Below are positions 1 through 6,678 of a stretch of DNA of 10,472 nt, piece by piece. The stretch is from contig JABHGE010000009.1 in assembly GCA_018672235.1 (NCBI GenBank), positions 1-10,472 of the forward strand. The letters are read 5' to 3'. A program made the translations under genes and the position numbers. Every line of letters starts with the position of its first letter. The stretch's first letter is position 1. The notes beneath the pieces were generated by a model that ran no database searches, was not told the DNA's origin, and worked only from the letters and a program-made list of their open reading frames with translations. This stretch comes from Fidelibacterota bacterium. GTDB taxonomy: Bacteria; Fidelibacterota; Marinisomatia; Marinisomatales; Marinisomataceae.

Positions 1-248
1 GTAAATGGCGTAGTAAATACAGCATCTCCAGGTCCTATACCCCATGCCATAAGAGGGATTAACAATGCATCTGTCCCAGATGAACATGAAATCGCATGTT
101 TTACTCCACAGTAATCTGCTAATTTTTCTTCTAATTCATGCACTTCTGGCCCCATGATATAGGCACCATGATCTAGAATAGCATTTAATCTTTTCTCAAG
201 AGGCTGCCGAATACGTTTTTGTTGTGTTTTTAGGTCTAAAAATTTCAT
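1..248 (-). CDS. DegT/DnrJ/EryC1/StrS family PLP-dependent sugar aminotransferase (WbpE/WecE-like), N-terminal 82 aa; continues off the left edge
   Basis: Not in the ORF track; translated by hand from ATG at 248: MKFLDLKTQQKRIRQPLEKRLNAILDHGAYIMGPEVHELEEKLADYCGVKHAISCSSGTDALLIPLMAWGIGPGDAVFTTPF. This matches the family's FxDL start, the YIxGPEV..LE..LA.Y.G motif, SGTDAL and GPGD.V.TTPF. Confidence 0.93.
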   Translation of the reverse strand, partial: MKFLDLKTQQKRIRQPLEKRLNAILDHGAYIMGPEVHELEEKLADYCGVKHAISCSSGTDALLIPLMAWGIGPGDAVFTTPF

Positions 249-366
249 AATAGTAGGTTTAAAATTACCACAATTATTGCCTGAAAGATAAAAAAATAAT
301 TATCCTAGATTTTTTACAATAATAGCATAAAAAATTAGAGAGTTTTATTGATAGTATAATTAATGG

Positions 367-395
367 TTGCGGTTGTTCAATAAATGGGCCAAATT
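367..395 (+). promoter_or_regulatory. Putative housekeeping promoter of the TonB-dependent receptor gene
   Basis: TTGCGG (367-372), a 17-nt spacer, then CAAATT(TG) (390-397). The predicted TSS (~400-402) coincides with the start of a stem-loop. A perfect TATAAT at 355-360 is an alternative -10 but has no good -35. Confidence 0.4.
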
Positions 396-399
396 TGCG

Positions 400-422
400 G
401 AGAGTACATAGCTTGTACTTTT
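400..422 (+). promoter_or_regulatory. 5'-UTR stem-loop / inverted repeat (GAGAGTACA-TAGCT-TGTACTTTT)
   Basis: Perfect core AGTACA-N5-TGTACT (403-419), extendable to a 9-bp stem with two G-U pairs. Confidence 0.45.
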
Positions 423-458
423 AAGTTAATATATTAATATATGAAGATAACCGAGAAA

Positions 459-464
459 AAGGAG
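459..464 (+). promoter_or_regulatory. Shine-Dalgarno site (AAGGAG) for the TBDR start at 471
   Basis: AAGGAG lies 6 nt upstream of ATG 471, and that ATG begins a typical signal peptide. Confidence 0.75.
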
Positions 465-470
465 TTAACT

Positions 471-3158
471 ATGAATCGAACGATTCTTGGTGCGCTATTT
501 GGAATTGTAATGATTTCTAGCGCTCTCTTTGGTCAAGGCACCGTATCTGGGTCTGTTACAGACGCAGACGGAAATGCTTTGCCAGGAGCAAATGTTGTGG
601 TTGAAGGAACTGCATTGGGTGCAGCTGCTACGTTAAGTGGTGCTTACTCAGTAAGTGTTCCTAATGGTACATACACAGTAACCGCTAGTGTAGTGGGTTA
701 TACATCAGAAAGTGCAACTGTAAAGGTTTCAGATTCTAACGCGTCTGCAAGCTTTTCATTAGCATCATCTTCCGTCGCGTTAGGCGGAGTTGAAGTACTA
801 GCTGACCGTGTAGACAATACCTCAGCAATCCCTTATGATGACTATACCAAAGCTGATATTGATTTCAGATTAGGTGGTCGAGGATTGCCAAAAGCCTTAT
901 CAACCCTACCAAACGTTTACGTTGAAAATGGTGGTGGTTGGGATGATGAAAATGTATACGTTCGTGGTTTTGACGATCGTTATACATCTTATCTGATTAA
1001 CGGGATCCCTATGAATGACATGGAAAATGGAAATTTATACTTCTCTAACTGGAGTGTATTAGCTGATGTTGCATCAGTAGTACAAGTTCAAAGAGGAGCA
1101 GGATCTGTTAATTTAGCAACACCTAGTTTAGGTGGTGTGGTAAACTTTATGAGTATGCCAGCATCTTCTGAAGCAAGTGTTGTAGTAAAACAAGAAGCAG
1201 GACAACATGCTTATTCAAAAACCGCTGTTCAAATTAACACTGGTTTAATGATGGATGGCAAGCTTGCAATGGTAGCATCAGCGTCTAAAAGAACTGCTGA
1301 CAAACTATTTGCAAAAGGTACCTACACAGAGGCATGGTCATATTATTTCAATACGTCCTACTCATTTAATGCAGATAACCGTCTTGAATTTGTTGCACTT
1401 GGATCACCTCAAATTCATGGTCAAAATTTTTGGAACAATCGCGTTTCAAACTACAGCCATGAACTAGCCCGCGATATGGGTGTTGCTGAGGAAGATCTAA
1501 GAACTGAATACGGAATGGATTGGAATCCAAGAGCAGATGATCTTGAAACACCTTTTACAGGTAAAAAAGCTACTGCTAGTTGGCTACCATTTGATGGCTG
1601 GAACAATCGTTCAGCTGACATGTATTCAAGTACATTAATTAATGAAAGAGAAAACTACTTTCACAAACCAATTGTACAATTAAACTCATACAACAAGCTA
1701 AATGATACAATGTCTTTAGCTAGTTCACTTTACTACTCAGGTGGTGAAGGTGGTGGTTCCGGATCTGCGGGTTCTATAAGATGGAAATCTGACGGTTCAG
1801 GACGTGATTATGATGAGACTATTCGTCGTAACAGATTGGACTTTGTTGATGGTTACGGCTATCAATCTCGAGGTATCCTAAGAGGAAGTAGAAATAATCA
1901 AGCAACTTTCGGTGTAGTTTCTAAACTAGACATGAAAATAGATGACATGTGGTCAGCTACTTTTGGTGTGGATCTAAGAACTGCAGAAGTTGAGCACTAC
2001 CGTGAAGTTTACAACCTATTAGGTGGTGACTTCTACCTGAATTCATCGAATCCAAACTGGAATGCAGATGAACAAAGAAGAGGTCTTGGCGATAAAGTGT
2101 TTTATGATAACACTAATACTATCGACTGGATGGGTGGTTACGCTCAAGCAAATTATAACGATGGAATGGGAACAACTGGTTTCGCGATGTTTGGTGCTAC
2201 TACAGCTAGCTATACAGCTGAAAACCACTTTTCAATTGAAGAAGAAAAAATCGAAGCAGATGCTGAGATGGGCTATCAAATGAAAGTTGGTGGAAGTAAA
2301 GCATTAAACGATACATGGCAGTTGTTTGGTAACATGAGTTACTCAGCAATGACACCATCGCTTGATAAATTAATAGATGATGTAAATTATCAACTAAACT
2401 CAGCCTTTGAAAATGAAAAAGCTACTTGGGTAGACTTTGGTACCAGATTTAAATCAGCTAACGGCCAATGGGCTGGTAGTATGAATTACTACTGGGCACT
2501 ATGGACTGACAGAAACCAAAGTGGTACTTCAGAAGCTTTAGATGGTACAGAGTCATTCTTTAGTATTGCGGGATTAAGCGAATTGCACCAAGGGTTAGAA
2601 TACTCTATTGCATATCAACCAATTCCAGTATTAAGAATTGACATTAGAGGTCACGAAAGTGATTGGAGATTTACTGATGACTTGTCATACACTTACAATG
2701 AAATTGACGGAGACGCAAGCAGCGAAGAAACATTCGAACTTTATGTTAAAGACGTAATGATTTCAGGTGCTCCACAGTCACAAACCAATTTAATTGTAAC
2801 TGGATTCTTTAACAGATTAAAAGTATCTGCTGAAGCACAGTCATTCTCTAAACAATACCCTAGATGGGGTTATGATGGTGCTATTCAGGACTTAGCATTC
2901 TTATTAGGTGAAGGTAATACTTTCTCTGAAGATGCTTATGTAACTGGTAACACAACTCTAGTGAACTTTAATAGTGCATACACAACAGAGCTTATGGGTA
3001 AAGATGTTACTTTCAACGCATCCGTATTCAACGCAACTGACGAACTTTATGTTGGTGACTTTGTTGACGCATATGATGGTTCTGGAGACGTTGCGAACTT
3101 AAGAGTTCGTGTCGGTCAACCAAGATCATATAATATTGGAGTGACTATTAACTATTAA
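471..3158 (+). CDS. TonB-dependent outer-membrane receptor with N-terminal CarboxypepD_reg-like extension, plug and beta-barrel (895 aa; the ORF track start at 441 is probably too early)
   Basis: Signal peptide MNRTILGALFGIVMISSALFG|Q. CarboxypepD-like domain (VSGSVTDADGNALPGANVVVEGT...GTYTVTASVVGY). TonB-box-like LGGVEVLA. Plug motifs VRGFD...INGIPMNDMENG and VQVQRGAGS...GGVVNF. C-terminal NATDELY...GQPRSYNIGVTINY ending in an aromatic residue (BAM signal). Confidence 0.95.
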   Translation: MNRTILGALFGIVMISSALFGQGTVSGSVTDADGNALPGANVVVEGTALGAAATLSGAYSVSVPNGTYTVTASVVGYTSESATVKVSDSNASASFSLASSSVALGGVEVLADRVDNTSAIPYDDYTKADIDFRLGGRGLPKALSTLPNVYVENGGGWDDENVYVRGFDDRYTSYLINGIPMNDMENGNLYFSNWSVLADVASVVQVQRGAGSVNLATPSLGGVVNFMSMPASSEASVVVKQEAGQHAYSKTAVQINTGLMMDGKLAMVASASKRTADKLFAKGTYTEAWSYYFNTSYSFNADNRLEFVALGSPQIHGQNFWNNRVSNYSHELARDMGVAEEDLRTEYGMDWNPRADDLETPFTGKKATASWLPFDGWNNRSADMYSSTLINERENYFHKPIVQLNSYNKLNDTMSLASSLYYSGGEGGGSGSAGSIRWKSDGSGRDYDETIRRNRLDFVDGYGYQSRGILRGSRNNQATFGVVSKLDMKIDDMWSATFGVDLRTAEVEHYREVYNLLGGDFYLNSSNPNWNADEQRRGLGDKVFYDNTNTIDWMGGYAQANYNDGMGTTGFAMFGATTASYTAENHFSIEEEKIEADAEMGYQMKVGGSKALNDTWQLFGNMSYSAMTPSLDKLIDDVNYQLNSAFENEKATWVDFGTRFKSANGQWAGSMNYYWALWTDRNQSGTSEALDGTESFFSIAGLSELHQGLEYSIAYQPIPVLRIDIRGHESDWRFTDDLSYTYNEIDGDASSEETFELYVKDVMISGAPQSQTNLIVTGFFNRLKVSAEAQSFSKQYPRWGYDGAIQDLAFLLGEGNTFSEDAYVTGNTTLVNFNSAYTTELMGKDVTFNASVFNATDELYVGDFVDAYDGSGDVANLRVRVGQPRSYNIGVTINY

Positions 3159-3182
3159 TCTTATTGTTATAGATTAGTATTA

Positions 3183-3220
3183 AATAAAAAACCCTTCAAT
3201 TTTTTGAGGGGTTTTTTATT
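3183..3220. terminator. Bidirectional intrinsic terminator between the convergent TBDR and dnaG genes
   Basis: AATAAAAAACCCTTCAA-TTTT-TTGAGGGGTTTTTTATT: a GC-containing stem flanked by A6 and T6 tracts, so either strand gets a U-tail. It overlaps the dnaG stop codon (3216-3218). Confidence 0.85.
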
Positions 3221-4961
3221 GGAGTTTTTTTTGGAGAGCACTTAACTCTTCGAGCAATGCTTTGTCTGGACTAGAATCGTCCTCTTCTAATCTGCGAATC
3301 TTGTCTCTCAATAGTGCAATTTCTTTTTTGATAGGCTGACGTTCTAGAGTATTAATACAATCACTTAAAATAACAGTCTGATATGCTTTATCTGGCGCTT
3401 CTATTGCTAGTGAAGCAATGAGATTACGTTGCTCTGGCGAACCGCCTATTAACTCAAGAATCTGACCTGGATTATAATCTTTATCACTATTGTCGATTAA
3501 CACCTTTAAAACGTTATAAAGCAGTTTATTACTAAATAATGCTAAAGGCATTCCTGTGGCAAGTGTTGGGGAATGTAAGGCCAACTTAATTAACTCTAAC
3601 TGTGCTTTATCTTCAGATGAATTATAATGGGTTATTTCTGTAGGACTCACCTCTTCTTTATGAGAGCTCTTATATCTTTTTTGCTTAAGATTACTAAAAC
3701 GTTCAAATACTTCGGCCTCTACAACACCTAACTGATTCGCGAGCTTACGAACCAAATCATTGCGAATCATTACATCTGGTACTAATTGTATCTCACCAAT
3801 ACATTCATTCAAAAATTTTGATTGGTCTGCAGCCCCTTGATTTAAGATCTCTTTTTGGGTAATAATAAAACTAATGGGATGTGCTGCAGTTTTAATTAAG
3901 GTTCTAAAATCTTCTTTTGTAGTATTATCTTTTTTGAAAAAATCATCTGGATCATCACCGTTTCCTAGATGTAATACTCTTGTTTCAATACCATTTTGTA
4001 ATAATACATAACTTGTACGTATAGCTGCATTAATACCGGCGCTATCTGAATCATAGCACAAGATTACTCTATTGGTATATTTTTTTAAGGCAATGGCATG
4101 TTTACTAGAGAATGCTGTTCCAGATGTAGCAAGCACATTATCAAATCCTTGCTCTACAAGACGTAAAAAATCTGTCTGCCCTTCTACTAAAATAGCAAAA
4201 TTTTGTTTACGGATATTTGGTAATGTTTGATAGGACCCATAAAAAATTTTACTCTTTTCGAATAGTAATGTTTCAGGAGAATTCAAATATTTGACATCTT
4301 CTTTTTCTGATAAACTTCTTCCACTAAACCCAACCACTTTCCCTGACAAACTAAAAAAAGGGAACATAATGCGATTACGAAAGCGATCAATAAGTGGTCC
4401 TTTTTTTGATTCAGAAAACAACCCAGATTTTTTCAAAATATCATTTTCAAATTTATCTTTTAATTCTTTTACAAGGCTATCCCAGCTATCTGATGCAAAT
4501 CCAATTCTAAACTTGTTAATAATATTGTCATCAAAATTTCTTTCTATTAAATATTTTTTTGCTTTACTTCCAGATGTAGCCTTTAGACTATTTTCAAAAT
4601 ATATACATGCTAATTCATGTATTTCATACAATTGATCATAGAGATTGTTTTGTTCTTTATTGCCCAACTCAGTAATTTCAATACCATACTTTTCAGCTAA
4701 AGAGCGTACAGCTTCCGGAAAGCTAATTTTTTCATATTCTATTAAAAATTGTACAGCATTACCTCCTTGGGCAGACCCAAAATCATACCACATATTTTTA
4801 TCCGGTGCTACACTAAATGAAGGCTTAGTTTCTGATCTAAAAGGACTTAACCCAAAATAGTTTTGGCCTCTTTTTTTTAAATCTACGTATTGAGAAATGA
4901 CATCTAAAATATCTACTTCTTCTAAAACGCGATTAATAGTTTCTTGTGCTATTCTTCTCAT
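3216..4961 (-). CDS. dnaG: DNA primase DnaG (581 aa) with a degenerate zinc-binding domain
   Basis: N-terminal ZBD-like region (GLSPFRSETKPSFSV...WYDFGS.QGG). Conserved DRFRNRIMFP, GFSGR and KYLNSPETLLFEKS motifs. TOPRIM VEGQTD, YDSDSAG (DxD) and DPDD. Helical C-terminal helicase-binding region. Confidence 0.98.
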   Translation of the reverse strand: MRRIAQETINRVLEEVDILDVISQYVDLKKRGQNYFGLSPFRSETKPSFSVAPDKNMWYDFGSAQGGNAVQFLIEYEKISFPEAVRSLAEKYGIEITELGNKEQNNLYDQLYEIHELACIYFENSLKATSGSKAKKYLIERNFDDNIINKFRIGFASDSWDSLVKELKDKFENDILKKSGLFSESKKGPLIDRFRNRIMFPFFSLSGKVVGFSGRSLSEKEDVKYLNSPETLLFEKSKIFYGSYQTLPNIRKQNFAILVEGQTDFLRLVEQGFDNVLATSGTAFSSKHAIALKKYTNRVILCYDSDSAGINAAIRTSYVLLQNGIETRVLHLGNGDDPDDFFKKDNTTKEDFRTLIKTAAHPISFIITQKEILNQGAADQSKFLNECIGEIQLVPDVMIRNDLVRKLANQLGVVEAEVFERFSNLKQKRYKSSHKEEVSPTEITHYNSSEDKAQLELIKLALHSPTLATGMPLALFSNKLLYNVLKVLIDNSDKDYNPGQILELIGGSPEQRNLIASLAIEAPDKAYQTVILSDCINTLERQPIKKEIALLRDKIRRLEEDDSSPDKALLEELSALQKKLQ

Positions 4962-5443
4962 ATGGGCATCGAACTCGACATTGATTTACTAATATAATCT
5001 TTCATAGGCTCGAGTAAAACAAGAATTTGTGATTCACTATAAAGAACATCATATATTTTACTTGATACAAATGTATCAAAAAACCAAATAAAGATAGTTA
5101 ACAGTAATATTGTTTTTAATCCTCCAAATAAGAACCCAAATACTTTATCTATTAATGTAAAAGAATTTGATCCACGAAATAAAAATAGCAATACACTGGT
5201 AATGAATCTAGAAATTATAATAGAAAAAAAGAAAATGATAACACCGGAAATAAGGAGGGTCCATCCTGTTCCTATTGTTAAAAATGATGATAAAAATATT
5301 GTTAAATCAATATAAAACGCTAAAGCAAAGAATATCCCTACTCCAATATCAATAAATTCAAATACAGCATCAAAAAATCCTTTTTTAATACCTAGAATAG
5401 CATTAAAAAATATTAATAAACAAAAAAGAATATCAATTACCAT
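4958..5443 (-). CDS. cvpA: CvpA family membrane protein (colicin V production protein)
   Basis: 161 aa with four hydrophobic segments. Family hallmarks: IDI...G.KKGF near the N-terminus, IDKVFGFLFGGLK, and a late ES.. motif. ATGA overlap with dnaG. Confidence 0.85.
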   Translation of the reverse strand: MVIDILFCLLIFFNAILGIKKGFFDAVFEFIDIGVGIFFALAFYIDLTIFLSSFLTIGTGWTLLISGVIIFFFSIIISRFITSVLLFLFRGSNSFTLIDKVFGFLFGGLKTILLLTIFIWFFDTFVSSKIYDVLYSESQILVLLEPMKDYISKSMSSSMPI

Positions 5444-5444
5444 A

Positions 5445-5882
5445 TTATGATAATAATTCTTTTAAGATATTTTGTGCAACCCCTCCATCAATTTTACCTG
5501 CACCTTGCTTCATAACCTGTGGCATTACTTTACCAAAATCTGCCATACTAGAAGCTCCTGTTGTTTCAATCACAGAGCCTATAATAGATCTGACTTCATC
5601 TTCTGTCATCATAGACGGTAAATAACCTTCTACAATATTCAACTCTAATGTTTCCTGTTCAACAAGATCGCTTCTTTCTCCTTGGGTATATAGCTTGATA
5701 GATTCTTTGTGCTGTTTAGCAGTAGTCTGCAATACCTTCATGACCTCGCTGTCTTCTAATGGCTTGCCTATTGCAATAGACTTATTCTTACATTTAGAAA
5801 TTAAAATACGTAACACACCCACCTTTGCTTTATCTTGATTTCTTAATGCATCTTTTAAATCATTTTCTATTTGATGTAACAT
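5445..5882 (-). CDS. yqeY: GatB/YqeY domain protein (start probably ATG 5882; the ORF track start at 5900 is an alternative)
   Basis: DLKDALRNQDK...LR..., KQHKESIKLY..GERSDL..QE..E...YLP.MMTEDE, GASSMADFGKVM...GKIDG: the full YqeY signature. An AAGGA lies upstream of ATG 5882, and 145 aa is the typical length. Confidence 0.93.
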   Translation of the reverse strand: MLHQIENDLKDALRNQDKAKVGVLRILISKCKNKSIAIGKPLEDSEVMKVLQTTAKQHKESIKLYTQGERSDLVEQETLELNIVEGYLPSMMTEDEVRSIIGSVIETTGASSMADFGKVMPQVMKQGAGKIDGGVAQNILKELLS

Positions 5883-5886
5883 AAAT

Positions 5887-6624
5887 TTATTTTCCTTCAT
5901 TAATAGTTTTCATGGCCAACAATAATTGATCTTGATTGGACTCAAATCCAATAAATCGTCTACCTCTTCTCTTGGCTACTGATCCAACACTACCAATACC
6001 CATAAATGGATCTAATACCCAATTCAACTTGAAACTGCTTGCCTTTAAAATCCTATGAATAATTTCATCGTAGTCTAAATGAAACCATAAATTATCTTTA
6101 ATTTCTTCTGGATTAGGGCTGTTTATATTTTTACCATTCACAATATAATTTTGGTTAAACACATAGTCATTAGTTTTGGTAGCAAACCAAATATCAGATA
6201 CTGTATTTTTCCACTGAGATAAACCTTCTTGTTCGGACTTTCTTTCCGATGTAATTCTGGACTGAATGCTAAATTTTTTATCTAGTATTGAATGGTACAT
6301 TGAAGAAGATTGCCATGGACAAATAATATAAATTGACCCATTGGGACTTAATACTCTCTTAGATTCTTCTAGCCATCCATCCACCCAATCTATATAATTT
6401 GTAAAGGTAGGACTTTTACCGGACAAGCTATCATTTTTGGGTTGTAATGTAGGTTCTGTAACAATTAAATCGATAGATTCATCAGGAATATTAGCTAACC
6501 CATCAATAGGGTCAGATAAAAATAAGCCTTCACGAAGCTTATCTCCCCCTATCATATCTTCGTTTGTTTTAATAGCAGGCAAATAACGATTTAAGTCTTT
6601 TACTGTAAGTATTTCGTTTTGCAT
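5887..6624 (-). CDS. DNA N4-C/N6-A methyltransferase-family protein (beta-class motif order), catalytic motif degenerate, possibly inactive
   Basis: IPDESIDLIVTEPTL where family members have PD.S.DLI..DPPY. WLEESKRVLSPNGSIYI, ITxE...WKN...DIWFATK, ILKASS...VLDPFMGIGS (motif I FxGxG) and GRRFIGFE are recognisable. The HPTQKP-type motif X is absent. Confidence 0.85.
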   Translation of the reverse strand: MQNEILTVKDLNRYLPAIKTNEDMIGGDKLREGLFLSDPIDGLANIPDESIDLIVTEPTLQPKNDSLSGKSPTFTNYIDWVDGWLEESKRVLSPNGSIYIICPWQSSSMYHSILDKKFSIQSRITSERKSEQEGLSQWKNTVSDIWFATKTNDYVFNQNYIVNGKNINSPNPEEIKDNLWFHLDYDEIIHRILKASSFKLNWVLDPFMGIGSVGSVAKRRGRRFIGFESNQDQLLLAMKTINEGK

Positions 6625-6678
6625 GATACCTATAATTTAGTCTTATAAAGTTAATTTAAAAATTGTAAGTTTATTATC

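Noticed and set aside
286..304. Fur-box-like GATAA...ATTATC upstream of the TBDR
   Set aside because: Only 11/19 ungapped matches to GATAATGATAATCATTATC, with arm spacing one base short. Unconvincing in such AT-rich DNA and distant from the proposed promoter.
305..338. Imperfect inverted repeat CTAGATTTTTTA / TAAAAAATTAG
   Set aside because: Driven by homopolymer A/T tracts and needs a bulge; likely chance.
441..470. ORF-track start of the TBDR at ATG 441
   Set aside because: There is no SD before 441, and the extra MKITEKKELT spans the AAGGAG SD. ATG 471 gives a clean signal peptide.
249..470. Cobalamin or TPP riboswitch upstream of the TBDR
   Set aside because: No B12 box or TPP core (CUGAGA) is visible, and the region is too AT-rich with too short a leader.
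1366..1551. 61-aa minus-strand ORF
   Set aside because: Antisense shadow inside the TBDR with no recognisable motif.
2043..2283. Short ORFs 2043-2228 (-) and 2062-2283 (+)
   Set aside because: Both are fully nested in the TBDR coding region in alternative frames and show no family features.
4291..4860. Plus-strand ORFs 4291-4635 and 4645-4860
   Set aside because: Antisense to conserved dnaG, with the composition typical of reverse-frame shadows.
4958..5443. Bacteriocin locus implied by the name 'colicin V production protein'
   Set aside because: CvpA is a widespread housekeeping membrane protein, and no bacteriocin, immunity or exporter genes are present.
5887..6624. Restriction-modification or other defence system around the MTase-like gene
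   Set aside because: No nuclease, specificity subunit or other defence gene is adjacent. The neighbours are housekeeping or metabolic genes and the catalytic motif is degenerate.
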